Source of the DNA: an uncultured Alphaproteobacteria bacterium
GTDB taxonomy: Bacteria > Pseudomonadota > Alphaproteobacteria > Rhizobiales > Xanthobacteraceae
Assembly: GCA_963777475.1 (NCBI GenBank)
Contig: CAVZQX010000078.1
Location: forward strand, 23,006-87,005
Length of the DNA stretch: 64,000 nucleotides
Reading direction: 5' to 3'
Shown: positions 7,778-17,881 of the stretch, one piece after another
Layout of the letters: every line of letters begins with the position of its first letter
Numbering within the stretch: the first letter of the stretch is position 1
Position numbers and translations under genes: made by a program
The notes under the pieces: model-generated
The model's input: the letters and a program-made list of their open reading frames with translations, nothing else
The model's database searches: none
Told to the model about the DNA's origin: nothing

Positions 7778-9900
7778 TTGGCAATACGGCTGCGCAAATC
7801 GAGCTTCGTCCATCAGATCCACGTCGGACCGAACAGCGTGCTGCTGGTCCACGCCATCAGCCAGCTACGGCTCAAGGTTGACGACGAGCTCGGCGGCCTG
7901 ATGAGCTACTTGTCCGAATGGCGCGAATTTCCCGCGGCGTTCGCCGAGATCGCAAAGCTGCTTCCCTATGACGACCAGATCCTGGCCGGCACCGTCAACG
8001 CGCTGCGCGAGCGCGGCCTGTTGACCGACAAGAGCGCCGACGAGGAGCTCGCCGAGATCGCCACCAAGCTCGGCCCCACCCAGGGACGCGATCCCGAGGA
8101 GCTTCTGGATCGCTATCGCCGCGAATTGAAGGAAGGCACCCGCGACTATTGGACCGTCAAGACCTCGCAGACCATCCAGGATGTCGGGACCACGAAGCCG
8201 CGGCTCGACCTGATCCTGTTCGGCGACTGCGACGTCCATATGGAAGCCGATTTCCTCCGTCGCGAGGCGGACCGGCGCGGCTACGATCTGCGGGTCGCGG
8301 CGACCGCTCCCGACGATTTCGCCTTCGCCGCCGAACACAAGCACGATGCCGTTTTGATCGGCGCGCTGCACGCGCGGCATTTCATCACCATGCCGCCGCA
8401 ACCGGGCGGGGAGCCGCATGAGATCTATATCGCGCAGGCGAGCAACACGCTGCTACAGTTGCGCGAGAAAACCTCGGCGCCGATCCTGATCGACAATCTG
8501 CCGGAGCCGACGGTGCAGCCGTTAGGGATCGCCGAGCGCGGCCGCACCGGACATCGCACGCGCTTCCGCTCCGCCAATGTCGCGCTCGCCGAGCTCGCCG
8601 AGCTGGTCCCGGACGTCTATGTCGTCGATATTGCCGCGGCGATTGCGGCCCAGGGGAGCATTGCGCTGGTCGACGACTGGCAGGTCGGCTTCACGCATAT
8701 GGGTTCGCCCGGCTGGATGCTGCAGCGCCCAGTGAGCGAAAAGGCCGCGGTCTACGATTTGATGCCGGAGATGACGGGCCTCATCGAGATTGTCGACGGC
8801 AATCCCTATCGACGTGAAGCCGTGATCGCGCGAACCCATATCGAGACGCTGTTCGCGGTATTGGGTCTCGGCCGCAAGAAATGCGTGATCGTCGATCTCG
8901 ACAACACCTTGTGGCCGGGCGTGCTGGCCGAAACCGGCGCGCCGTTCGCGTGGGAGCCGTCGGTGAGCGGCGTGTTCTCCTTCATCGGGCTTTATTTCGG
9001 CCTGCATGAGGCGCTGCTGTGCCTGAAGAAGCGCGGCATCGTGCTCGCCTGCGTCTCCAAGAACGACGAGTCCGTCGTGCGCGAGCTTTGGAAATATCCC
9101 GATTCCTATCCGCGCGAGCGGCTGTTGACGCTGGACGATTTCGTCACCCATCGCATCAACTGGAACGACAAGGTCGACAACATCCGTTCGATCGCCGAAG
9201 AACTGGGCTTTGCGCCCGAGGCGTTTCTTTTCATCGACGACAATCCAGTCGAGCGCGATCGCGTGCGGCAGTTCCTGCCCGAGGTCGAGGTATGGGGCGA
9301 AGACCTGTTCGGCCTGCGCCGCGCTCTGCTCGATGATCCCCGCCTGCAGATCGCGCGCGTTACGGACGAATTGGCAAAGCGCACCGAGCTGGTCAAGGCG
9401 CAACTGGATCGCCAGCGTCTGCAGGCCGAGGCCGTTGACGAAAACAGCTATATCGCTTCGCTGCAGATACGCACCCGCATCGAGCGCGTCACCACTGATG
9501 CGACGTTCGATCGTATCGAGGAATTGTTCCGACGCACCACGCAGTTCAACGCCACCGGCCGCGTGTTTGCCGTGCCGCAACTGCAAAAGCTCGCCGCGGC
9601 GGCGAACGCGCAGGTGTTCGCGCTTCATGTGGCCGACCGCTTTGCCGATCACGGCCTGGTCGGCGCCGCCGTCATCGAGGCAGGCGAGATCACCGGGCTC
9701 GTGATGAGCTGCCGCGTGCTCGGCATGGGCGATCGAGCATGCGTTTGTGCAGCATGCGCTAGAGGCCAGCGGCGCCGCGCAAATCACGGCAACGATCGTT
9801 CCGACCGCGCGAAATATTCCGGTGCGCAACATCTATCGCGACAACGGCTTTGTGCTGGGTGATGACGGGGTCTGGCGCTGGAACAGCGTTCAGGATGTTT
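7778..9900 (+). pseudogene. FkbH-like HAD-superfamily (subfamily IIIC) protein, one extra base near 9731; 3' end approximate
   Basis: HAD motifs VIVDLDNTLWPG, CVSKNDE and FIDDNPVERD. The C-terminal GNAT-like end continues in the +1 frame (IEHAFVQHALEASGAAQITATIVPTARNIPVRNIYRDNGF). No credible stop is found before the convergent pncB. Confidence 0.7.
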
Positions 9901-9983
9901 CCAATCAGGCAAGCGATTCAAGCCGCCTCCTGGTTTCAGACGCCAGTCAGCTGAAGCGACGGGATTGCTTAGGATCGCGGGTC

Positions 9984-11288
9984 TCAGACGTGCACCGCGC
10001 TGCGAACCCGGCCGGCATTGCCGAATACCCGCAGATAACGTTCAATCTCGGATGGGCTGCCGGTTGCCTTTTCCGGATTGTCCGAGAGCTTGACGGCCGG
10101 CCGTCCGTCGACCGATGTCACCTTGCAGACCAGCGAGATCGGATCGAGATCGATCGATCCATCGGGCGTGCATCCGACGAAATCATTGGTCAGGTTGGTG
10201 CCCCAGCCGAAGCTGATCCTGACGCGGCCTGAGAACTGACGGTGGGTTTCCTCGATCGATCCGACATCCATGGCGTCGGAAAACACCAGCAGCTTCTCCT
10301 TCGGATCGCGGCCCTTCTGCTTCCACCAGTTGATGATTTCTTCGCCGGCCGGAATCGGCGGCGCGCTGTCGGGCCGAAAGCCGGTCCAGTCGGCCACCCA
10401 ATCGGGCGCGTCGCGGAGGAACGACCGGGTGCCAAAGGCGTCGGGCAGCGCGATCAGCAGATTGCCGCCATAAGTCTGGCGCCACTGATCGAGGATGCGG
10501 TACGGCGCCCAGCGAAGTTCATCATCATCCTTTGCCAGCGCCGCGGCCACCATCGGCAATTCATGGGCGTTGGTTCCGATCGCCTCCAAATCGTTGTCCA
10601 TCGCCAGCAGGACGTTCGAGGTGCCGGTAAAGGACGGCCCCAGGCCTTCCTTGACGGCCTCGACACACCAGCGTTGCCACAGGAAGCCATGCCGCCGGCG
10701 CGTCCCGAAATCGGAAAGCCGCAAGCCTTCCAGCTTGCGCAGGCGCTCGACCTTGCTCCAGAGCTTGGCCTTGGCGCGAGCATAGAGAACGTCGAGCGCA
10801 AATCGCCCCTGGCCTTTCATCACCTGGCGCGAGCGCAGCTCGTTGAGCGTGGCCAGCGCGGGGATCTCCCACATGGACGTATGTGTCCACGGACCGTGGA
10901 AATGCAGTTCGTACTGGCCGTCCACCTTGCGAAGCTCATACTCGGGCAGGCGGAATGTGGCGAGCCAGTTGATGAAGTCGGACGAGAACATGTGAGTTTT
11001 GCCGTAGAACGTATTACCGGCAAGCCAGATCAATTCCTTTTTGGAGAGGCGGATGGTGCGGGCATGATCGAGCTGCGCGCGCAGCTCTCCCTCATCGATG
11101 ATCTCGGCGAGACGTACGTGCCGGCTGCGATTGATGACCGAAAAGGTGACGCGCTGGTTCGGGTAGTTTTCCCGAATCATCTGCAGCATCAGTAGCTTAT
11201 AGAAATCGGTGTCGAGCAGGCTGCGCACGATCGGGTCGAGCCGCAAGCCGTGATTGTAGGTTCTGCTCGCGATGTCTGTAACTGCCAT
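9984..11288 (-). CDS. pncB: Nicotinate phosphoribosyltransferase
   Basis: 434-aa intact ORF. It has the [14 protein letters not shown]-terminus and the SDFGTRRRH motif of PncB. Confidence 0.95.
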   Translation of the reverse strand: MAVTDIASRTYNHGLRLDPIVRSLLDTDFYKLLMLQMIRENYPNQRVTFSVINRSRHVRLAEIIDEGELRAQLDHARTIRLSKKELIWLAGNTFYGKTHMFSSDFINWLATFRLPEYELRKVDGQYELHFHGPWTHTSMWEIPALATLNELRSRQVMKGQGRFALDVLYARAKAKLWSKVERLRKLEGLRLSDFGTRRRHGFLWQRWCVEAVKEGLGPSFTGTSNVLLAMDNDLEAIGTNAHELPMVAAALAKDDDELRWAPYRILDQWRQTYGGNLLIALPDAFGTRSFLRDAPDWVADWTGFRPDSAPPIPAGEEIINWWKQKGRDPKEKLLVFSDAMDVGSIEETHRQFSGRVRISFGWGTNLTNDFVGCTPDGSIDLDPISLVCKVTSVDGRPAVKLSDNPEKATGSPSEIERYLRVFGNAGRVRSAVHV

Positions 11289-11407
11289 TTTGAAACTCTA
11301 CCGCGCCGGAGGCGGCGCAGCCAGTGGCTTTCAGCGACGGCGGACCAGCCCTGCTCCCCGCGAGGACAAATGGCAATGAGGTGAGCCGAGCAGCCATGTT
11401 GCGCGGC

Positions 11408-12613
11408 TTACGCGTGCGCGCCCAGCGCCGACTTGTGATCCTGCCGTTTCGACCACGATACGTAATAGGCGACCGCCGTCATCATCGCGATCCCGGCCGT
11501 GCTGACCAGAACCTGCATGGCTACCGAGTTCGGTCCGGTGATCAGGACGAAATGCGCGAAAAACGAGAGGAAGACGCCGGCGCAGAAGGCGGCGAGGGTT
11601 TCCTCGCCGCATTTGATGATCGGCTGCAGCAGCTTCCAGCTGAAGCCAGGCCAGTCGGCCGGCACCAGCCGCGTAAACAGGAAAGCGAGCAGTAGAAAAT
11701 GCAGCACCCGGTAGGGCGCGAGATTTTCCCGGTCGTTGGGCGTGAAAGGATATAGCAGGAAATCCGGCACGAGCTTGCCGAGCCAGGGAACCTGGCCCGC
11801 CACCGTAACCAGCATGGCGAACAGCAGAAAGGCCAGCGCCGCCACGCGCAGCATCGGCCAATGCTGGATCGCGCGCGTGCGCCTGGTGCCGCCGAGCGCG
11901 AACCAGGCGCCGAGCACGAACATGAGCTGCCAGCAGAACGGATTGAAGAACCAGCGTCCGTCTGGAAACGAGGACACGCTCCAGTCGAACGTGCGCGCAG
12001 CCAGGTAGAGCGCGAACGATCCGATCAGCGTCAGATTGGGCCAGCGCAGCAAGGACGCCAGCGCCAGCGGGAAGAACGCCAACAGCGCGATGAACAATTG
12101 CAATGCGTCGAGGTGCGGAAGCTGCGACTGCAGCGTCAGGCCGTGCATCAGGATGCGGTCCGGATGATCGACGATGCCGGCGATGTTGTATTCGTCGATC
12201 AGATCGGCGACGGCGTACCGCGCCGCCACATTTCCGACGGTGCCGATGTAGACGACGAACAGCACGACATAGGCGGCATAAAGCTGCCATACCCGCTTGA
12301 TGATGCGCGTCGCCGTCACCAGGAAGCCGCGTTCCAGCGTCATCTTTCCGTAGACCACTGCCGCGGCATAGCCGGCGGTGAACACGAACAGCTCCGCGGC
12401 ACCGCTGAAGCCGAAATTCCGCAAGGTCAGCAGATTGACCACGTTGTTGGGGATGTGGTCGAGAAAGATGGACAGGTTGGCGATCCCGCGCGCGAAATCG
12501 AGCCGGTGGTCATGACCGTGCGCCGCGAGGTTGGCCTTCGTCGATGGGTTTATCACGAAACTGGCTTTACTTGATTCGAAAGGCAATAAGTCCGACAGAA
12601 TCGTGTCGATCAT
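11408..12613 (-). CDS. OpgC-family acyltransferase-like membrane protein
   Basis: 401-aa polytopic ORF. HRLDFARGIANLSIFLDH and the overall architecture match OpgC/acyltransferase-3-like proteins. Its ATG overlaps the TGA of the upstream regulator (ATGA). Confidence 0.85.
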   Translation of the reverse strand: MIDTILSDLLPFESSKASFVINPSTKANLAAHGHDHRLDFARGIANLSIFLDHIPNNVVNLLTLRNFGFSGAAELFVFTAGYAAAVVYGKMTLERGFLVTATRIIKRVWQLYAAYVVLFVVYIGTVGNVAARYAVADLIDEYNIAGIVDHPDRILMHGLTLQSQLPHLDALQLFIALLAFFPLALASLLRWPNLTLIGSFALYLAARTFDWSVSSFPDGRWFFNPFCWQLMFVLGAWFALGGTRRTRAIQHWPMLRVAALAFLLFAMLVTVAGQVPWLGKLVPDFLLYPFTPNDRENLAPYRVLHFLLLAFLFTRLVPADWPGFSWKLLQPIIKCGEETLAAFCAGVFLSFFAHFVLITGPNSVAMQVLVSTAGIAMMTAVAYYVSWSKRQDHKSALGAHA

Positions 12614-13279
12614 CGTAGAGCGGCCGCGAGGCCAATCCGAATAGACTTTTTGTGAAGGGTGCCGTCAGGGTTATCTGGCGCGAAGCGCCGGTCGACTGAA
12701 GCGCGGTAGTCTTTATCGCGCATTAGTTCGTTTTTGTAGCATGATCTTTCGGAGATAGCCGATGTCCGCGCTGCGCTGACGCTGCCCATTGATTTCGGCG
12801 CTCGGTCTGGCTGAAGCACTTCTGCGCTCACATTTTCGAAATCGGCCCATGATGGGCTTTCGCCGTATCAGAGGCGCGGCCGCAGCGAGCGCTGCATGCT
12901 TGCCGGGTTCGCATTTCAACAGCGCGGCGAGCTTGCGGTCGGCGACGATCTCGCGGCTAGCGACGACGTCGCGATAGGTTTCGTTGGAATATCTGAGCCA
13001 CTCGGTGAGCGATTTGACGCTGTGGGTGAACAGCACCGGCGGCTCGGTCGCGATCACCACCGAACCGAGGCCGGCGCGCCGCACGATCAGGCCCTGGTCC
13101 ATCAGGATCCGCAACGCCTCGCGCACCGTCTGGCGGCTGGCCGAATGCCGCGCCATCAGTTCGGTTTCGGTCGGCAGCAGCTCGCCGACCGGATGATTGC
13201 CGAGCCTGATCTCGTTCTGCAGTTTGGTGGCGATGTCGCGGTAGCGCGACGATCGTCCCTTTCGCGGTTCAGCGGACAT
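12610..13279 (-). pseudogene. GntR/HutC-family regulator, probable single extra base near 12855
   Basis: The N-terminal wHTH is clear (LPTETELMARHSASRQTVREALRILMDQGLIVRRAGLGSVV). The effector domain continues best in the -1 frame (ORF 12610..12831), whose stop overlaps the opgC start. Confidence 0.6.
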
Positions 13280-14243
13280 CGCAGGTGACCGGGGATCCTG
13301 ACTTCATCGATTGCAGCGCGGCCTCGAATACCGCAAGCGTCGCCAGCACCTCGCTCTCCGCGACGGCAAAAGGCTGCTTGTGCTCGATCGCATCGGCAAA
13401 CGCCTCGAGCTCCGCTGCGAGCGTATCGATGGCCGTGAAGCTGAGGTGCTGCGGCGCGCTGCCGGATTTTCGCAGCACCATGGTGGCTTCATCCAGCACC
13501 TCCGCCGATCCCTTGGTGCCGAACACATGAACGCGCCAGTAGAACGGCGTGGCTCGCACTGTCGCCAGCGTCGCGGTGACGCCGCTCTCGAAGTCGATGG
13601 CGAGCACGGCCGAATCGAGCGGCGGCGGTCCCGCCTCGCGCGAACTCAGCCGCGCATAGACCTGGCGCGCCGGTCCGAGCAGGCTGACAAAGCCATCGAG
13701 CACGTGCAAGCCTGCGCCGGTCAGCCCGCCACCCGGAGATTCCTCCGGCGACAGTCGCCAGCCCTGCGTGACGTTGTTGGAGTTCTCGTTGCTGTTGTGG
13801 CCCTCGACGTGAAGGATGGTGCCGAGCTCGCCACTTGAGACGATCTCGCGCAAGGCGCGCATCGACGGCCAGAACCGGCGGTTTTGGCCGACCGCGAGCA
13901 CGACGCTCGCCTTGCGGCAGGCGACGAACATCTCGCGGGCGTGGTCGCGGCGAAGCGCCAGGGGTTTTTCGCAGAACACCTGTTTTCCCGCGGCAGCCGC
14001 GGCGATCACCTGGGCGCGATGCAACGAATGCGGCGTCGCCAGCAGCACCGCGTCGATAGCGGGATCGTTGAGGATCGAATCAAGACTGCCGGTGAGGTCG
14101 ATCTGGCGGTCGGCACAAAAATCCTGCGCCCGCTCGACGTCGGTCTCGACGGCGCGGGTGATGTTGAGGCGATCGGTGTGGTGCGCGGCATCAACGAGAC
14201 TGCGGCCCCAGCGGCCAAGGCCTGCGATGGCGCAAGTGATCAT
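13269..14243 (-). CDS. Gfo/Idh/MocA family oxidoreductase
   Basis: Rossmann N-terminus MITCAIAGLGRWG, plus an EKPLAL motif. 11-nt overlap with the downstream GntR gene. Confidence 0.85.
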   Translation of the reverse strand: MITCAIAGLGRWGRSLVDAAHHTDRLNITRAVETDVERAQDFCADRQIDLTGSLDSILNDPAIDAVLLATPHSLHRAQVIAAAAAGKQVFCEKPLALRRDHAREMFVACRKASVVLAVGQNRRFWPSMRALREIVSSGELGTILHVEGHNSNENSNNVTQGWRLSPEESPGGGLTGAGLHVLDGFVSLLGPARQVYARLSSREAGPPPLDSAVLAIDFESGVTATLATVRATPFYWRVHVFGTKGSAEVLDEATMVLRKSGSAPQHLSFTAIDTLAAELEAFADAIEHKQPFAVAESEVLATLAVFEAALQSMKSGSPVTCDVR

Positions 14244-14344
14244 CCCTCTTCCTCGCTTCCCCACTTACTCTTGACAATTTATACGGACAAATAGGCTCAA
14301 TACTCGAGCAAATCGGTTGGAAAGGCTCAAAAACCGGCCCTAAT

Positions 14345-14362
14345 GATTTATACGTATAAATC
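14345..14362. promoter_or_regulatory. Candidate GntR operator
   Basis: Perfect 18-bp palindrome GATTTATACGTATAAATC in the divergent intergenic region. A related half-degenerate copy AATTTATACGGACAAAT lies at 14276-14292. Confidence 0.45.
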
Positions 14363-14395
14363 AGGGGACCCGGCCGGGGAAGAGGGAGGCTCGAT

Positions 14396-14791
14396 ATGGT
14401 TGAAGTCAGCGACCTGTACACGCGCGGCCTGAAGCGGCGGCAAAAGATGTTTGGAGCAGCCGAGGTCGAGAAGCGGATGGCTGCTTCCGGCGAATTCGGC
14501 GCGCCGCTGCAGAATGTCATCAACGCCTATGTCTATGGCGACGTCTGGGAGAGAGATGGGCTTCCGGACGCCATGCGCAGCCTGGTCATGCTCGGCATAA
14601 CGGCGGCGAGCAACCGGCCGGCCGAATTTCAGGTCCATGCCAAGGGCGCGCTGGCCAATGGCTGCACGCGCGAGCAGGTCCAGGATGTGCTGCTGCTGGT
14701 GGCCATGTATTGCGGCATTCCCGCAGCGATCGAACCCAATCGGATTGCCGCGGAGATCTTTGGCAAGAGCTCCGAGGCCGCGACGTCATAG
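14396..14791 (+). CDS. Carboxymuconolactone decarboxylase (CMD/AhpD-like) family protein
   Basis: 131-aa ORF. LQNVINAYVYGDVWERDGL...LVMLGITAA...LLLVAMYCGIPAA is typical of the CMD family. Confidence 0.85.
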   Translation: MVEVSDLYTRGLKRRQKMFGAAEVEKRMAASGEFGAPLQNVINAYVYGDVWERDGLPDAMRSLVMLGITAASNRPAEFQVHAKGALANGCTREQVQDVLLLVAMYCGIPAAIEPNRIAAEIFGKSSEAATS

Positions 14792-14800
14792 TCGGATTGT

Positions 14801-15442
14801 TCAGGTGAGATGCGGGGCTTCTTCGGCCTCCTCGTCATCCCAGCGGGCGGTGCCGATCGACGGATCGATCAACTCGCCGCGCATCAGGGCGAGCGGCGAC
14901 TTGTAGTAAAGCGCGATGTTGTGAAACGGATCGGTAAGAACCTTGAAGACCCATACCAGACCGGTCTGCACGTCCCTGGCCAAGAAAAGCTGGATCATGC
15001 GGAACAGGCCGCCGCCGATGCCGACAACGAGCCAGACAATTCCGACGTGATGCAGAAAATCCATCCTGCCAGCGGGCGGTGCAAAGATGCCAAACGGCGT
15101 CGGGAACAAGAACAGCAGCAGCGGTACCGATCCCCAGACGATCAACAGGACGATCTTGCGGTACTGGTTAAAGCCCACCTTGATTTGTTCCTTGTATTCA
15201 TAAGTGGTGTTGTTGACGGCGTCGTAGCCGTTGGGTTCGAAGAAGAAATGGCCGGTCTGCCGCGTCAGCATGGCAAACCATCCGACCAGGCCGGCGAGCG
15301 CCGCGTCCTTGAAGAGCAACCCGTAGCAGACGAGAAAAATCATCGCGCTGATCAGGTGCAGCGTCTGATTGATCCGGCTCTGATGGTAGTAGCGATAATC
15401 GTCAAAGCGTTGCGTTCGCAGCGTGTCGGTGAAGCGGCTCAT
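14801..15442 (-). CDS. Conserved polytopic membrane protein (possibly Mpo1/DUF962-like)
   Basis: ORF 14801..15454 with an alternative ATG at 15442 behind GGGGA. It has several hydrophobic helices and a YYHQSRINQTLHLIS motif. Function unknown. Confidence 0.6.
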   Translation of the reverse strand: MSRFTDTLRTQRFDDYRYYHQSRINQTLHLISAMIFLVCYGLLFKDAALAGLVGWFAMLTRQTGHFFFEPNGYDAVNNTTYEYKEQIKVGFNQYRKIVLLIVWGSVPLLLFLFPTPFGIFAPPAGRMDFLHHVGIVWLVVGIGGGLFRMIQLFLARDVQTGLVWVFKVLTDPFHNIALYYKSPLALMRGELIDPSIGTARWDDEEAEEAPHLT

Positions 15443-15674
15443 TCGAATCCCCATGACATGATGATGTTGGATCCGTAGTTCGGTTCAATGAATGGCTTGT
15501 GACACAACAATGCTGTCACGGTTGAAAGAACGATCGCGAGCATGCGGATGCCATTCAGTTGCAACTGCAACGAATCGATGCGAGAAATTTGGTTAGGCTG
15601 GCGCCGGGGAAGCGACGCGTGTTCGTGTCGGCGAACGTCATGTTCCGCCGCGCCGTTCTGTTCAGACACTCGAA

Positions 15675-16427
15675 ATGCCTATATCAATTGCAGCGTCTCG
15701 CGGACGGATGGTTGAAATGGCCGATCAGCAAAACCGCTATATCCCGGCGCATGCCGATGCCTTCTCGCATCGGCTCCCGTATTTCGCCAATCGGCTGAGG
15801 GGTGACGGGTCGATCAAGATCGTGGCGATCGGGTCGTCGTCGACGGTAGGCGAGGGCGACATCGTGCCGTATGCCTATCGGCTGGAAACCGCGCTGCGCG
15901 CCAAATATCCTGGCCGCATGATCGACGTGCTCAACCGGGGGATCGGCGGTCAGGAAGCGCCCGACGAGTTAGCGCGAATGCAGACCAACGTGATCGACGA
16001 GGCGCCGTCCCTGACGATCTGGCAGGTCGGCACCAACGCCGTTTGGCAGCAAGGCCACGATCTCGACGACGTGGCCGCGGCGATCGGGCAGGGCTTGCGA
16101 TTGCTCGGCAGTGCGTCCATGGATGTCGTGCTGATGGACCTGCAATATGCACCGGCGCTGCTCACCGACGACAAGATCGATGCGACGCGGCGCATGCTGT
16201 CGCTGATCAATCAGCTCGCCACGGCGGCAAATGTGAACGTCTTCCGCCGCTTCGACCTGATGCGGCGTTTTCTCAAGGTCGAACGGCACTCGTTCGATAC
16301 CATCATCGACCCTACGGATGAAACGCGGCTGCATCAAAGCGATTTCAGCGCGCGGCGGGTCGGATACGAGCTCTGCGAGGCGATCGCCGCCGCCGCTGCG
16401 GATGTCGGGCCGTTGCCGGCGGCCTGA
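15675..16427 (+). CDS. SGNH/GDSL hydrolase family protein
   Basis: Block I IVAIGSSSTVGEG and block II NRGIGGQ. The start is uncertain (ATG at 15675, 15708 or 15717). Confidence 0.8.
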   Translation: MPISIAASRGRMVEMADQQNRYIPAHADAFSHRLPYFANRLRGDGSIKIVAIGSSSTVGEGDIVPYAYRLETALRAKYPGRMIDVLNRGIGGQEAPDELARMQTNVIDEAPSLTIWQVGTNAVWQQGHDLDDVAAAIGQGLRLLGSASMDVVLMDLQYAPALLTDDKIDATRRMLSLINQLATAANVNVFRRFDLMRRFLKVERHSFDTIIDPTDETRLHQSDFSARRVGYELCEAIAAAAADVGPLPAA

Positions 16428-16578
16428 CGCTGGGAAAGCCCCCGAATCCCGCCTCAAGGCGCCGGAATCGGCGCCATCGAGCGGCGCCGCGGATCGTGCT
16501 ATTTTTTTGGCCCTCTTATGTCGGAAACCTCGCGCGTCATTCGTCTTGCAGGCAGGATCAAGAAAAAGGGAGAGCGGC

Positions 16579-17781
16579 ATGAACTCGTCCTATCGTTGGG
16601 TGATCGTAGCTTGCGGCGCGCTGATGACCTGTGTCGGCATCGGCGCGATGTTCTCGCTTGCGATCTACCTGCAGCCGATGTCGGTCGATACCGGATGGTC
16701 GCGCACCGGCATCTCCAGCGCGATGACGCTCGATTTCCTGGTGATGGGCGCGGCCGGCTTCGGCTGGGGCGCGCTGAGCGACCGCATTGGACCGCGCATG
16801 GTGGTGCTGATGGGGGCTGTGCTGCTCGGACTTGGTCTGGTGCTGGCGAGCGGGGCGACGTCGCTGGTTCAGTTCCAGCTCACCTACGGATTGATGGTGG
16901 GGCTCGCCGCCGGCGCCTTCTTCGCCCCGATGATCGCCACCGTCACCGGCTGGTTTGCCGATAACCGCAGCCTTGCGGTATCGCTGGTGTCGGCCGGCAT
17001 GGGGGTCGCGCCGATGACGATTTCGCCGTTCGCGCGCTGGCTGGTCTCGGCCTATGACTGGCGCACGGCGATGATGACCATCGGCGTGGTCGCCTGGGCG
17101 CTGCTGATTCCGGCCGCGCTCTGGGTGCGGCGGCCTCCGGCGCCAGCTGCCGGCGCAGCCTCCAGCTCGGCGACTGCCGAGCCCTCGATATCCGCCGCTG
17201 AAGCGTTCCGCTCGCCGCAGTTCATCGTCCTGGCGTCGACCTTCTTCCTCTGCTGCGCCGCGCATTCCGGGCCGATCTTCCACATGGTGAGCTACGCAAT
17301 CGGCTGTGGCTTGGCGCCGATGGCGGCGGTCTCGATCTACAGCGTCGAGGGTCTTTCCGGCCTCGGCGGCCGTCTCCTGCTCGGTGTCCTGGCCGACCGG
17401 TTCGGCGCCAAGCCGGTCTTGATCGCGGGCCTTCTGGTGCAGGCGTTCGTGATCGCGTGCTATCTGATGGTCAGCCGGCTCGGCGAGTTCTACGGCCTCG
17501 CCGTGGTGTTCGGCACCGCCTACGGCGGGGTGATGCCGCTCTATGCGGTGCTGGCGCGCGAATCCTTCGGCCAGCGCGTGATGGGCACGGTGTTCGGCGC
17601 CATGACCATGGCCTCCTCGATCGGCATGGCGTTCGGCCCCTGGGCCGGCGGGCGGATCTTCGACGCCTTCAACAGCTACATGTGGCTCTATATCGGCGCC
17701 TCGACGGTCGCGCTCGGCGCGGTCGCGGTGGCCTTCACCTTCTCGGCCCGGCCGCAGGCGGAGCGGCTGCAGCCGGCGTGA
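16579..17781 (+). CDS. MFS transporter (oxalate/formate antiporter-like)
   Basis: 400 aa from [16 protein letters not shown], with 12 predicted hydrophobic segments. ATG 16579 follows GGGAGAG. Confidence 0.85.
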   Translation: MNSSYRWVIVACGALMTCVGIGAMFSLAIYLQPMSVDTGWSRTGISSAMTLDFLVMGAAGFGWGALSDRIGPRMVVLMGAVLLGLGLVLASGATSLVQFQLTYGLMVGLAAGAFFAPMIATVTGWFADNRSLAVSLVSAGMGVAPMTISPFARWLVSAYDWRTAMMTIGVVAWALLIPAALWVRRPPAPAAGAASSSATAEPSISAAEAFRSPQFIVLASTFFLCCAAHSGPIFHMVSYAIGCGLAPMAAVSIYSVEGLSGLGGRLLLGVLADRFGAKPVLIAGLLVQAFVIACYLMVSRLGEFYGLAVVFGTAYGGVMPLYAVLARESFGQRVMGTVFGAMTMASSIGMAFGPWAGGRIFDAFNSYMWLYIGASTVALGAVAVAFTFSARPQAERLQPA

Positions 17782-17881
17782 GGGCGGCGGCGAACTCCGC
17801 CCTTGCGCTGCGTGCAAGGGCTTGATCCGAGAGCCAGCCGCGCTATATCGACGTTTTCCCCATTCATTTCCGGGCAAACGT

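Noticed and set aside
9747-10232. Extension of the FkbH-like gene in the corrected frame to 10232
   Set aside because: - It would overlap about 250 nt of the convergent, intact pncB gene in antisense.
- The sequence loses family resemblance after GVWRW.
- A second lesion or a lost stop is more likely.
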